Assembly (NCBI GenBank): GCA_026986775.1
Contig: JALSNX010000004.1
Location: 471 to 64,470, forward strand
Direction: 5' to 3'
DNA length: 64,000 nucleotides
From: a candidate division WOR-3 bacterium
GTDB lineage: Bacteria; Hydrothermota; Hydrothermia; UBA1063; CAJXJZ01
The notes beneath the pieces were generated by a model, which was given only the letters and a program-made list of their open reading frames with translations, ran no database searches and was not told the origin of the DNA. Shown piece after piece: positions 36,566 through 46,857 of this stretch. Numbering within the stretch: the first letter of the stretch is position 1; each line of letters starts with the position of its first letter. The position numbers and the translations under genes are program-made.

Positions 36566-38280
36566 GAAATTACCTCCTTTTTGAGGGTATCATAAATGTT
36601 TTTCAGTTTCTCCAGTTTTTCCTGTTCCTTAACCTGAAAGTTAAATGTGTAAAGTACAACCCCGAAAATATCTAAACGTGTAAAGGTTGGGTTGAACGGG
36701 GTAAGTAGTTCCAGAATTTTGTGAAGTTCTATTTCGTTGTCCTTGCCTATTATGCTTATGTATGTTCTCTGATGCCCAATCAGCATATCAATTCTTTCGT
36801 TATGTTTAAAGTAGTTTACAAAGAGATTGTGTGCAAACCGTATCTCTTCTATTATATTGTCAACAGGCTGAGAGATTCTGTAAAATACATCAAGAGAGTA
36901 ATAGTAGGATTTTATGAATCTTTCTGAAATCTGGGCACCCTTGAAGTTTTCCATTATCTGGCCAAGACGCATTCTGTCCAGTTTTCTCATACCCTCATCA
37001 AAATCCCTGAAAAGACCGATGGATTTTTCAAGGATTTGTTTGAGTTCAGTATACAGTTCTATTTCTGAGTCAAAGTATGACAATTTGGCCTTCACTGTAA
37101 CAATCTGAATTTCTATACTCTTACTTGGACTCAATCCCGACCTGAAGTTCTGCAATTCAAATTTACTGGATTTACTGAACGCATCTGTCAATGCCTGTCT
37201 GTAATTTATTTTGTTGTCCTTCCTCCCGACCACTCCAATCATCATGAGGAGATTACCCTTTTCATCCTTTTCAAAGGGAAATATGTAAACCTGAGTTTCT
37301 CCACTTGATTGGACCTCTTCTATGAGTTTCGGAATAACAACCCTTCCAAACAATTCGGGTCCAAGGTTAATATTGAGTGGAGTTCTTGGCCTTTTATGCT
37401 TTAAGGTTGACTTCAGGTGATTTTTTAAAAGTTCTATTTCATTGCGTTTGACGGGTTTTTTGCCTTCTTTGAAAAATTCCACACGAATTACAGTAATACC
37501 ATCTTCTGTGGTGAACTGTTTATCGTACATGCGAACAAAGTGTGGATAAAGTGACCTGATAGAATCAAATACATCATCCATGGAGATATCTCTCTCAAAT
37601 CCTGCAACTGATACACCTGTAAGGTTCTCTCCTTTACGTGTACGAATATTGTGCACAAAAACCCTGAGACCTCTTCCTATCTCCCGTAGTTCCTTTATGG
37701 CCCTGTAATTAAATTCTACTATTTTTGCAAGGGCTGTGGGGGTCCTTTCTCTTAGGTAAGCTTCAGAGCGTGATACCACAAAGTAAAAGAGTTCACCGTT
37801 CTGCCCCGTTATTTCCTCTAATTCATCTTTATTTACCAGTCTGCGGAGTGCTCTCTCTATGTCAAGCATGATAAAGAGTTTTTCAAAACCCAAAACCATT
37901 ACTTTCTTTATGCGGTAGCCACCGGTTGCTATTTCCTGAATAAAACTCTGAAGTATTTTAGCATCTTTTTCAATAAGTTTCTGGTCTTTTCCGCTTACAT
38001 CAGAGAGGGCTATGACCACTCCCATCAGTCTGCCTGCCTCTTTTACACTGAAAGAATTCAGATATTCAAGATTATATCCCTTTTCGTGTAAGGCGCCTGC
38101 AACTGTGTCAACGAGTCCGGCCCAATCTTCTGCTGTAACAAGGGCCTTTAAAAAAACATTTTCACCCTGTTTGTCTACATATACCTCTACTGCAGGCCTG
38201 CCACTCTGCAGGGTTTCATTATACAGGGATTCAAGTTTTTCATAATCTTTCGGAGTGGGTGCAAAAAGTGGCTTTAGCAT
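36562..38280 (-). CDS. ACT-domain-repeat protein of unknown function
   Basis: 572 aa. N-terminal ACT-like fold (FLKALVTAEDWAGLVDTVAGALHEKGYNL) and further similar segments. ATGA overlap with fbp. Confidence 0.45.
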   Translation of the reverse strand: MLKPLFAPTPKDYEKLESLYNETLQSGRPAVEVYVDKQGENVFLKALVTAEDWAGLVDTVAGALHEKGYNLEYLNSFSVKEAGRLMGVVIALSDVSGKDQKLIEKDAKILQSFIQEIATGGYRIKKVMVLGFEKLFIMLDIERALRRLVNKDELEEITGQNGELFYFVVSRSEAYLRERTPTALAKIVEFNYRAIKELREIGRGLRVFVHNIRTRKGENLTGVSVAGFERDISMDDVFDSIRSLYPHFVRMYDKQFTTEDGITVIRVEFFKEGKKPVKRNEIELLKNHLKSTLKHKRPRTPLNINLGPELFGRVVIPKLIEEVQSSGETQVYIFPFEKDEKGNLLMMIGVVGRKDNKINYRQALTDAFSKSSKFELQNFRSGLSPSKSIEIQIVTVKAKLSYFDSEIELYTELKQILEKSIGLFRDFDEGMRKLDRMRLGQIMENFKGAQISERFIKSYYYSLDVFYRISQPVDNIIEEIRFAHNLFVNYFKHNERIDMLIGHQRTYISIIGKDNEIELHKILELLTPFNPTFTRLDIFGVVLYTFNFQVKEQEKLEKLKNIYDTLKKEVIS

Positions 38281-38341
38281 AGTTTTTTTATCTTAAAGCA
38301 ATATCACAAAAAGGTCAAACAGTTATGTGGAAAAAATTTTG

Positions 38342-38370
38342 TTGACTACTCAAATGCTTGAGTTTATACT
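38342..38370 (+). promoter_or_regulatory. sigma70-type promoter of the divIVA-like gene
   Basis: TTGACT, 17-nt spacer, TATACT. It lies inside the long track ORF, which argues for the downstream start at 38405. Confidence 0.55.
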
Positions 38371-38404
38371 AAATCCTGTAAAAAACATTAAAGGAGCAGA
38401 ACTT

Positions 38405-38866
38405 ATGTCTATGAAACCGGTTGATATTCGTAAAAGCAGTTTCAGGATAAAATTCAAAGGTTATGACCCGTCCCAGGTTCAGTCTTATCTTGATGCCATA
38501 GCAAATGAGATGCAGGAGCTTTTACAGGAAAACAGTGAATTAAAAGTAAGGATTAAGATGCTGGAGGATAAACTCAGAGATTTCCAGAACATGGAGGAAG
38601 AACTCAAAAGGGCTCTCATTCTCGCTCAGAAAAGTGCACAGAACATAATTGAAAATGCCAAGAAAGAGGCGTCCATTATTCTTGAAAAGGCAAAGATAGA
38701 TGCACTTGCTCAAACCAAGGAGGCTGTGATTCAGCGTGATAGATTAAATGAGGAGATAGAGAATCTCAAAAAGAAGAGATGGGAGATTATCCAGTCTTTT
38801 AAGGGTGAACTTGAATACTTTTTGAGGATCATAGAGAAGGAAGAGAAGGAGGCAGAACATGAGTGA
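38405..38866 (+). CDS. divIVA: DivIVA-domain protein
   Basis: Start at MSMKPVDI (RBS AAAGGAG). DIRKSSFRIKFKGYDPSQVQSYLD is the canonical DivIVA N-terminus, followed by coiled coil. Confidence 0.85.
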   Translation: MSMKPVDIRKSSFRIKFKGYDPSQVQSYLDAIANEMQELLQENSELKVRIKMLEDKLRDFQNMEEELKRALILAQKSAQNIIENAKKEASIILEKAKIDALAQTKEAVIQRDRLNEEIENLKKKRWEIIQSFKGELEYFLRIIEKEEKEAEHE

Positions 38867-39680
38867 GATTCTAAAAAGGGTGGAAGAATCTGTAGAATTT
38901 ATTAGAAATCGCGGAGGTTTTAATGTTGAACTTGTTATGATACTCGGTTCAGGGCTCGGTCATATTGCTGATAGTGTGAATAACAGAATTGAGGTGCCCT
39001 ATGGTGATATACCACATTTTCCTGTGTCCACAGTTGAGGGGCATGCAGGTAAGCTCGTATTTGGAAAGCTTCGTGATAAGAAGGTTGCCATTATGCAGGG
39101 ACGATTCCACTATTACGAGGGATATACCCTGAAAGATGTTGTCTATCCTTTGAGAGTTCTCTTTAAGATGGGAATGAAAATGTTGATCGTTACCAACGCA
39201 GCAGGAGGCACCAATCCAAACTTTGACGCGGGAGATATAATGTTGATAGTGGACCATATAAATCTTATGCCGGATAATCCTCTAAGGGGAGCCAATGAAA
39301 AAGAGTTTGGCCCAAGATTCCCTGCAATGTCAAGAGCTTACTCTCCTCGCCTGATTGAAATTGCCCGCAGGGCAGCCCTTGAAAGTGGAGTATATCTGAA
39401 AGAGGGGGTTTATGTTGCTCTTCAGGGTCCGTCTCTTGAAACACCTGCGGAGTATAATTTTGTCAGGCTCATAGGAGGAGATGCTGTGGGTATGTCCACT
39501 GTCCCTGAGGTTATAGCTGCTGTCCACATGGGAGTGGAGGTGGCTGGTTTTTCCATTATAACAAACGCATTGAGAAAATCTCAGACAGAGGGGGCAACCC
39601 ACGATGAGGTTCTTTCTGTGGCGGAAAAAGCAGGAAAAAAACTTTCAAAGATTATACTCAAAATGCTGGAGTATCTGTAA
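38859..39680 (+). CDS. punA: purine nucleoside phosphorylase (trimeric PNP/MTAP family)
   Basis: 273 aa. ILGSGLG, MQGRFHYYEGY, VGMSTVPEV. Confidence 0.9.
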   Translation: MSEILKRVEESVEFIRNRGGFNVELVMILGSGLGHIADSVNNRIEVPYGDIPHFPVSTVEGHAGKLVFGKLRDKKVAIMQGRFHYYEGYTLKDVVYPLRVLFKMGMKMLIVTNAAGGTNPNFDAGDIMLIVDHINLMPDNPLRGANEKEFGPRFPAMSRAYSPRLIEIARRAALESGVYLKEGVYVALQGPSLETPAEYNFVRLIGGDAVGMSTVPEVIAAVHMGVEVAGFSIITNALRKSQTEGATHDEVLSVAEKAGKKLSKIILKMLEYL

Positions 39681-39695
39681 ATAAAGGAGGAAGAT

Positions 39696-40460
39696 ATGCG
39701 AGTATTGAGATTGCTTTTTATAAGCATTATATTTTTTACAGGATGTGCCAGTGCGGTATACCAGTATGAGTACGAGGAGCAAAATGGTATTCAGTACCCA
39801 TCAAGTATTTCTGTGGGGTATTATCCCAATGTTACACCCATTTCAATTTCTAAAAAGGCTCACTTGAGTGTGGGAATGGATATGGCTTACCTGGTAGTTC
39901 CGATGGGTTCTAACATTATGTTTTACAATAGAAACTTTTATGCGGGTTTAAGGGTTGGGGACCAGTGGAGTACACCTGACAATGAAGTACTTGGAGCAGA
40001 GCTTCAGGCAGGAGTGAATTATTTTTTAAATGAGAAGTCCGTTGTCTCTTTAGGCGCTTCATATACAACACTTGATCTCACACCTAAAAATATTGTAGAA
40101 GGAAACCTGAAAGGTTTAAAACTAACCTTCAACAAGATTTTGATTAGTGATAATAAGGCAGCCTCATTTTTGCCGAGAGTATTGACAGTGTACCTATCCA
40201 ACAATATGTATTCCTATGACTTTAACGGAGTAGTGGAAAGAGAGTTTTATTCTGATACTTTATCGGGGTATGACACACTAAATCTTCATTATAGAGATTA
40301 TCTCTGGTCTGTTGGATTGGGTTTATATATGCGGTTTTCATCATTAACATATACCATTGAACTTGGGAGGGTATTTCCCAGATATCTCTATGATGTGGCC
40401 AATTCAAATCCTATAAGGTATGAAGCATACCTTACAACAGGGTTTTATATGAATTTCTGA
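39696..40460 (+). CDS. lipoprotein, possibly a small beta-barrel
   Basis: 254 aa. Lipobox FFTGC, C-terminal aromatic residue (..FYMNF). Confidence 0.4.
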   Translation: MRVLRLLFISIIFFTGCASAVYQYEYEEQNGIQYPSSISVGYYPNVTPISISKKAHLSVGMDMAYLVVPMGSNIMFYNRNFYAGLRVGDQWSTPDNEVLGAELQAGVNYFLNEKSVVSLGASYTTLDLTPKNIVEGNLKGLKLTFNKILISDNKAASFLPRVLTVYLSNNMYSYDFNGVVEREFYSDTLSGYDTLNLHYRDYLWSVGLGLYMRFSSLTYTIELGRVFPRYLYDVANSNPIRYEAYLTTGFYMNF

Positions 40461-40471
40461 AGGAGCAGGGT

Positions 40472-41020
40472 ATGACAAGAAAAGAGGCAATTGAACTGGT
40501 AAAAAAATACGTGAAGAAGAATAATCTTGTAAAGCATATGATTGCCACAGGTGTTGTTATGAAACATCTTGCCCGTCATTTTAAAGAAGATGAAAATCTC
40601 TGGGAAATAGCCGGAATTCTTCATGATATAGACTATGAGAAAACGTATGACAAACCAGAGAAGCATGGTCTCGTCTCCATTGAGATTCTTAAAAAAGAGG
40701 GTGTGGATGACCCTCGTATTCATGATGCAATTCGTGCGCACTGCGGTAAGAAAGAACGAGTCACTTTAATGGAAAAATGTATTTATGCAGCAGACCCGGT
40801 GACTGGATTTATAGTCGCATGTGCCCTCATGCATCCCAGCAAAAAACTACGCGGTCTTGACCTTAAGTTTCTGAAAAAAAGGTTTAAGGAAAAGAGGTTT
40901 GCGGCTGGTGCCAGTAGAGAGCAGATGAGAAGTATAGAAGAAGTGGGTCTATCCCTTGATGATTTTCTATCAAAATCACTTGTGGCCATGCAGGAAATAG
41001 CAGAGGAGCTTGGCCTTTGA
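40472..41020 (+). CDS. HD/HDIG-domain phosphohydrolase
   Basis: 182 aa. H..(30).. GILHDIDYEK. Confidence 0.8.
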   Translation: MTRKEAIELVKKYVKKNNLVKHMIATGVVMKHLARHFKEDENLWEIAGILHDIDYEKTYDKPEKHGLVSIEILKKEGVDDPRIHDAIRAHCGKKERVTLMEKCIYAADPVTGFIVACALMHPSKKLRGLDLKFLKKRFKEKRFAAGASREQMRSIEEVGLSLDDFLSKSLVAMQEIAEELGL

Positions 41021-41532
41021 AAGTATTGCTGTTCTTGCTTACTTTAAGTCTTGGTAATGTTTTTAAACAGTGGAATAAAGAAGGGGGTGACCTTGGAAAG
41101 ATGCTTGTGAATTATATAAAAAAAGAACCACCATATAGTGATGACTACATTATGGGACTATACTTAATTGACCTTATATCTCAAATTGACTCAACAGAAA
41201 GAAATACAACTTATAATGCGCTGTATTCAAATTTAACAGGGGAGTGTCTTTTCTCAGATAGATTTCCGGATAAGCTAAAACTTTTATCCATAAGATGTTA
41301 TCTTGATACACAGAAACCTGAGAAAGCTGAAGGAGTATTAAAAAAACTTGGTAACAGTAAAGCAGGGTGTATGTCCGAATATTTTATAGCGAAATACTAT
41401 ATTGAACATGGAAAGCAGGATAAGGGGAAGAAATATTTAGAAGAATGCATAAAAAATTGCAGGGGTGTTGTTGCTATATGGTCAAGAGACCTTTTGTTTT
41501 CAGAAAAGAGTAGTATATATCATGGAAGATGA
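41017..41532 (+). CDS. secreted helical (TPR-like) protein
   Basis: 171 aa, signal-like N-terminus. ATGA overlap with the HD gene. Confidence 0.4.
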   Translation: MKVLLFLLTLSLGNVFKQWNKEGGDLGKMLVNYIKKEPPYSDDYIMGLYLIDLISQIDSTERNTTYNALYSNLTGECLFSDRFPDKLKLLSIRCYLDTQKPEKAEGVLKKLGNSKAGCMSEYFIAKYYIEHGKQDKGKKYLEECIKNCRGVVAIWSRDLLFSEKSSIYHGR

Positions 41533-43251
41533 AGTAAAACAGAATGCCTTCAGGCCTGTAGAGGTTGAAAAGAACATTTTCTGGGTGGGTTTTGCTGATT
41601 TTGAAGCGGGCTTTTCCAATAATCCCTATCTTGTAATTTCGGATAAAGATGCAATGCTGATAGACCCCGGGCCGGGAAATCCCGTCCCTTCAAGGTTATT
41701 CTAAAGAAAGTCCAGGAGGTACTGAATGGAAAGACCCAGCGAATTAAGTTTCTTGTTTGCAGCCACAAGGACCCCGACGTATGTGCCTCTCTTCCTATGT
41801 GGGAGGAGCATGTCCATCCTGATGCTGTGATACTGGCAACCAGTAGAACGTTGAGTTTTCTCCCGTATTATGGTACCAATCTTAAAATGGTCCCCCTTAA
41901 AAATGATGATATTATTATTCTGGGAGCTTCCAGAAATTTAAAGGTAATCCAGACGCCCTATGTCCATGCTGCTGGAAGCATGATGCTTTACGATATTGAA
42001 ACAGGTACCCTCTTCTCTTCTGATTTATTTGGTGCATTTTCTGTGGATTTTGAGTTGTTTGCCGATGCAGAATATCTCAGCAAAGCAATCAATTTTGCAA
42101 CAATTTATTTTGGTTCCCGTGAGGCCCTGAGAAAGGCTATAGAGAAACTCCGTGAACTTGATATAAAAACCATATGTCCACAGCACGGTGCAATCATAAA
42201 GAACCATATTCATACATATCTGGATGTATTTCAACATCTTGAACCAGCAGAACTGCTCAAATGCTCACGTAAACCGCCTCGTCGTGAGGACCTTGTTGAA
42301 ATGGTGAAAAGAGGAGCACATAATCTTAAAGAACTTTACGGTAAAAGCGTGGACATGGATATTGTATTTGAAAAAACAGGTATAAAAAGGGTTCTGAATT
42401 CAGGATATGCAACAATGGAAGATGTGAGTGACATAGGATGGAATATTTTTAAGTATTACGGTGATGTGGCTTATCTTCATTATGTAATGGGTGTATCAAA
42501 GTGTTCTGCAGAGAAGAACGTTCAGAACCCTATATTCGTGGTTCCCACAAGGATAACATGGGAAAAAGTAAAAGAGGTTCCACATACTACGCCAAAACTC
42601 ATAGGCAATATAATGAACAGATATATAGAAAAGGAGCTTGTATCGTTTTTGACCTCTGAAGAGTACGAGGATTACATAAAAGAAAGAATAAGCACCACTA
42701 CCACCACTGGTGCCATAAGAAAGACAGGCGTTATTTTGAATGTGGCACTTGTAGGACTTAGAGGAAAAAAATATTCGTCCCATCTTGATGACCTCCTCAG
42801 TACGTATTTAATGTCCATTATCAATACACTCAGAGAGTTTGGTGGCAGGTATGTTGATATTCCCGGTGATGGGTTTGTGGTTCTATTTGATGCAGAAGAT
42901 TCCCAGATACAGGCTGCCTTTGTCTGTGCACTTGCTTTGCTTTACAGAATTGGTAGAATAAAGAAAAGGAAAGGCGCTGAACTGGATATTTTTATTGGAA
43001 TGGTTAAAGGTGTGATTACACTTGCTAAATACTCAAAAGAAATTGTAGGTGAAGGTGTGAATGAGGCAATCAAATTAAGAAAGATGGCAACTGAAGGTAC
43101 AATGCTTATGAAAGAAGAAGGGATACTCCCTGTGGTGGAGCCTGTACTTTCAAAGCCTCAATACCACAAGCATTTCAAATTTAAAAGAGGCAAATTGGTA
43201 TCAAGGGATGGGGCTGAGCCGGTAAATATAATGAAGATAGAAAGGGTCTAA
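41522..43251 (+). pseudogene. frameshifted flavodiiron/ODP-like metallo-beta-lactamase domain fused to a cyclase-homology-like domain
   Basis: Frame 2 (41522-41704) gives MEDEVKQNAFRPVEVEKNIFWVGF..YLVISDKDAMLIDPGPGNPVP then a stop. Frame 1, open from 41647, continues RPFKVILKKVQEVL..IKFLVCSHKDPDV..TPYVHAAGSM..SSDLFG..CPQHGAI. Together this is a contiguous FprA-type N-terminal domain. The C-terminal GGRYVDIPGDGFVVLFD resembles a class III cyclase core. Confidence 0.6.
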
Positions 43252-44558
43252 GGGCGGATGGCTTTTTTCTTTTCAAAAATCCAGATAATAATCAATGTTG
43301 AAAGAAGCAATATATAGTAAAGTGTACTATTGATAGCAGTCCCTAAAAGAGGTCTTTTAAGAATATAGCTGTTTGATTTTATGCTTTTAATGAAGGTTTG
43401 TTTATTGTAAGCAACTTTCTCTGAAGTGGTATTGACTATAATCCTTACAGTATCCCTTCTCTTGCCGCACTGTATCACAAAAGTAGTATCAGAAATGTTC
43501 GGAATAAAGCTGTATGTGAGGGGTAAACTGGATGTTGCCACAATGTTTTCTGCGACTTCCTTTCGCCTAACCGAACATAAACCACCTGAAGGAATGGTCA
43601 TTACTTTTACGGTAGCTATATCGCCAAAGCGATAAATATGTTTATCTGGATAAGCATACACAAGTGGCGTTGAAGTAAGAGATACCATTTCGTTCATTAT
43701 TTTCACAAAGAGGGTTGGATATTTTCTTGCAAGTATATCTATTTGTGGTGATGTAATGTATCCTGTGTGGTCTTTTACAAAAAATAAAGGGTATTTTCTA
43801 TTGCCAATGATGTAGGCAATGGTTGTATCGGGCTTAATATCCGTTATTGTAATGGACCTTAATGGTACTGGCAGGATTGTATCATGATAAGCAAGGAAAA
43901 AACCTTCAGGATTATATAAGTTCGTGTTGCTCAGTATGATAAGGTTCTTTCCGATTGTGTAAGCCACAGGCTGGAAACTGGATGTGCCTTTAATAACACG
44001 ATTGTCGGCATACGCTGTGTTTTTACCATAGAGTATTGCGATAAAGGATAAGAAGGGTTTGGTAGCAAAATATCGTCTGAGTGCACCGTGATAGGGTGAA
44101 AAACTTAATATAGTATCTATCACATAAGCCGTATGAGGTAGTCCTTTTATTATAATCGGAATACTATCCTGTATATAAACAACGTTGTTTTTTCGTGTAA
44201 TCCTGATAAGTGTATCCCTGTTCCTTCCTGTTTTAATCCTTATAGTATCTCCTATATAGGCGTATGTGGGTATGTTATTTGCCGTATTGAAAAGGTTTGA
44301 AGTACTTTCAATATATACCATGTCAAATTTTGCCAGCAGGGTGTCCTCAGGATTGTCTGTTATCAAAAACAGGGGATGTAAATCTGTGTTTCTGGTAATA
44401 TGAACCAGGTGTTTAATTTCCGGATTTTCATTGACAAACTTCAGTGCCGTCTGGTTCTTATACAGATATACCCGCTTTCTATACTGTTTGAGTACAACAA
44501 AAGGAAAATTGAATAAAAGGTATAAAAGTAAAAAGAGAAAAAGCAGTCTGAGCCGCAT
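43248..44558 (-). CDS. membrane-anchored hypothetical protein
   Basis: 436 aa. N- and C-terminal hydrophobic helices. No motif recognised. Confidence 0.4.
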   Translation of the reverse strand: MRLRLLFLFLLLYLLFNFPFVVLKQYRKRVYLYKNQTALKFVNENPEIKHLVHITRNTDLHPLFLITDNPEDTLLAKFDMVYIESTSNLFNTANNIPTYAYIGDTIRIKTGRNRDTLIRITRKNNVVYIQDSIPIIIKGLPHTAYVIDTILSFSPYHGALRRYFATKPFLSFIAILYGKNTAYADNRVIKGTSSFQPVAYTIGKNLIILSNTNLYNPEGFFLAYHDTILPVPLRSITITDIKPDTTIAYIIGNRKYPLFFVKDHTGYITSPQIDILARKYPTLFVKIMNEMVSLTSTPLVYAYPDKHIYRFGDIATVKVMTIPSGGLCSVRRKEVAENIVATSSLPLTYSFIPNISDTTFVIQCGKRRDTVRIIVNTTSEKVAYNKQTFIKSIKSNSYILKRPLLGTAINSTLYYILLLSTLIIIWIFEKKKAIRP

Positions 44559-44561
44559 CCA

Positions 44562-46019
44562 TTAACCTTTGATAACAGCAAGTGGAACGAGTTTAACAAC
44601 TTTTCTTGCAAGTCCTCCCATCTCCATTGTATTTGCAACCTGTTCCACGTCCTTGTATGCATCCGGAACTTCCTCACGTGCTGTTTCTGAAGATGCAGCT
44701 TTCAATAGTATGCCTTTATTCCGTAATTCTCTGAAAATGTTTCTGCCAGCAGTGACTTTTTTAGCCTTCTTTCTTGAAAGGACGCGTCCGGCGCCGTGTG
44801 CAGAGCTCCCAAAGGTTTCTGAAAGAGCCCTGTGGGTTCCCACAAGAACAAATGACATGGTTCCCATATCTCCTGGAAGAAGCACAGGCTGCCCGGTATT
44901 TTTATACACCTCTGGAAGCAGGGGATGTCCCTTTGGAAAGGCTCTTGTTGCGCCTTTTCTGTGAACAACTACCTTCATTTTCTTTCCATCCACAATATGC
45001 TCTTCAATCTTGGCAATGTTATGTGCCACATCATACACAAGTTGCATGCCAAGGCTTTCAGTAGATTCTCCAAGTACCTTTTCAAAGCTCTCTCTTACCC
45101 AGTAGGTAATAAGCTGTCTGTTATTCCATGCGAAATTTGCAGCGGCCGCCATCGCTCCAAAGTATCTTTTACCCTCATCCGATTGTATGGGCACAGATGC
45201 AAGCTGTCTATCCGGAACGTTTATACCGTATTTTGACATGGCTCTCAATATAATTTTTATATAATCATCGCATATCTGATGCCCGAAACCCCTTGAACCT
45301 GTGTGTATCATAACCGTAATTCCGTCTTTTTCAAGTCCCATGGCTTTTGCTATTTTTTCGTCATAAACCTCGGCTACTCTCTGTATTTCAAGGAAATGAT
45401 TACCAGCCCCCAGTGAACCCAGCTGTGGCATTCCTCTTTCAATGGCTCTGTGTGATACAAAATCAGGATTGGCACCCTTTAGCTGGCCAAACTCCTCGGT
45501 TCTCTCAATATCCTCTTTAAATCCATATCCTTTTTCTACAGCCCATTTTGAGCCTTTAACGACCAATTCTTCCAGCTCTTTTTTTGTAACCTTTATTTTT
45601 CCTTTACTTCCCACTCCGCATGGTACGTTTTTAAAAATAGTTGTGGTGAGTTTTTCAAGATATGGCTTTATATCGTTTACATGCAGGTTCGTTCTGATTA
45701 TTCTTACACCGCAGTTTATATCATATCCAACACCTCCAGGAGAAATTATACCGGTTTCGTAGTCAAATGCTGCAACTCCGCCAATTGGAAAACCATATCC
45801 CCAGTGTATGTCTGGCATGGCTAAAGAATATTTAAGTATACCGGGTAACATTGCAACATTTACCAGCTGCATGAGTGCGTTATCGTGTATAATGGCATCA
45901 AGCATGCCAGAAGGGGCTATGAGACGGGCAGGAACACGCATCCTTTTATCAAAGTACGGTGGTATTTCCCACCGGACGCGGTCTATCTGTCTTAAAACTT
46001 CTCTCCAGTTTACATTCAT
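44562..46019 (-). CDS. rtcB: RNA 3'-phosphate/tRNA-splicing ligase RtcB
   Basis: 485 aa. MPDIHWGYGFPIGG, GGVGYDINCGVR, SAHGAGR. Confidence 0.95.
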   Translation of the reverse strand: MNVNWREVLRQIDRVRWEIPPYFDKRMRVPARLIAPSGMLDAIIHDNALMQLVNVAMLPGILKYSLAMPDIHWGYGFPIGGVAAFDYETGIISPGGVGYDINCGVRIIRTNLHVNDIKPYLEKLTTTIFKNVPCGVGSKGKIKVTKKELEELVVKGSKWAVEKGYGFKEDIERTEEFGQLKGANPDFVSHRAIERGMPQLGSLGAGNHFLEIQRVAEVYDEKIAKAMGLEKDGITVMIHTGSRGFGHQICDDYIKIILRAMSKYGINVPDRQLASVPIQSDEGKRYFGAMAAAANFAWNNRQLITYWVRESFEKVLGESTESLGMQLVYDVAHNIAKIEEHIVDGKKMKVVVHRKGATRAFPKGHPLLPEVYKNTGQPVLLPGDMGTMSFVLVGTHRALSETFGSSAHGAGRVLSRKKAKKVTAGRNIFRELRNKGILLKAASSETAREEVPDAYKDVEQVANTMEMGGLARKVVKLVPLAVIKG

Positions 46020-46024
46020 GGTTT

Positions 46025-46792
46025 TTACTGTATTTCTATCAGTATTGGTTTTTTAATGTACAACGTTGCCACCTGACCGAGTACTCCTACTAAAGTTCCA
46101 GCCTGTGGCATTGAAGCATTAAGCCTGCCGTAAATGGAAGCCACCTGCAGGAGATAGGTGCCAGCTGTCAGGTCCTCCCGTGAAATTGAGAAAATGGTGT
46201 CTTCTGTGGTCTCTCTAAAGGTGAGCGATACCGAGTTTTCGGTGGTGTCAACAGAGTAGAGTAGTACCATATAGGCACTGGCATTTTCACTCCTTGACCA
46301 TGAAAGGTCAAGTGATGTTAACGAATCATAGGATATTACTGTATCTGACATGTTTACTGTAAAGGTATCGGGCATAACCATTTGTACTCTGCCTGTATCT
46401 CCATTCTGAGTTACAACACTGATAGATACAGAATCCCCTGGGCCTATATCCTGAACCTCACCCTGATACTGTCCTTCATATTCTTCGTTCAGTTTACTGC
46501 TGTTTATCATAACTTCAGCACCACTCTCTGGAGTTAAAAAGGAAGGTAAATCAAGTTTTGGAAATGTTGAAGAGGTATCCGGAGGAGGAGGGGATATTTC
46601 CGGTATGGCATTCCTGTCATAGTACTCAATATCCGCTTTTGCTACAATAAAAATCCCGTAGGCTCCGGCAATTTTGGACGTTGTTTCTTGATAAACAACA
46701 GCACCATCAACAGTGAGTGTTGTAACGTTGAGTGTATCACATGATAGAAGCATTATTATGGCAAACACGATAAGTATTCCAGATTTCTTCAT
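46025..46792 (-). CDS. lipoprotein, unknown function
   Basis: 255 aa. Lipobox MLLSC. Confidence 0.4.
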   Translation of the reverse strand: MKKSGILIVFAIIMLLSCDTLNVTTLTVDGAVVYQETTSKIAGAYGIFIVAKADIEYYDRNAIPEISPPPPDTSSTFPKLDLPSFLTPESGAEVMINSSKLNEEYEGQYQGEVQDIGPGDSVSISVVTQNGDTGRVQMVMPDTFTVNMSDTVISYDSLTSLDLSWSRSENASAYMVLLYSVDTTENSVSLTFRETTEDTIFSISREDLTAGTYLLQVASIYGRLNASMPQAGTLVGVLGQVATLYIKKPILIEIQ

Positions 46793-46857
46793 TCTATTAC
46801 CTCCTTTGCTTGACTTTAATTATACATCAAAAACCTGTGTATTTCATAGAAAAAGGC

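Noticed and set aside
41660-41710. Programmed -1 ribosomal frameshift in the MBL-cyclase gene
   Set aside because: No X-XXY-YYZ slippery heptamer and no obvious downstream pseudoknot. A 1-nt indel in the C/G runs (mutation or sequencing error) is the simpler explanation.
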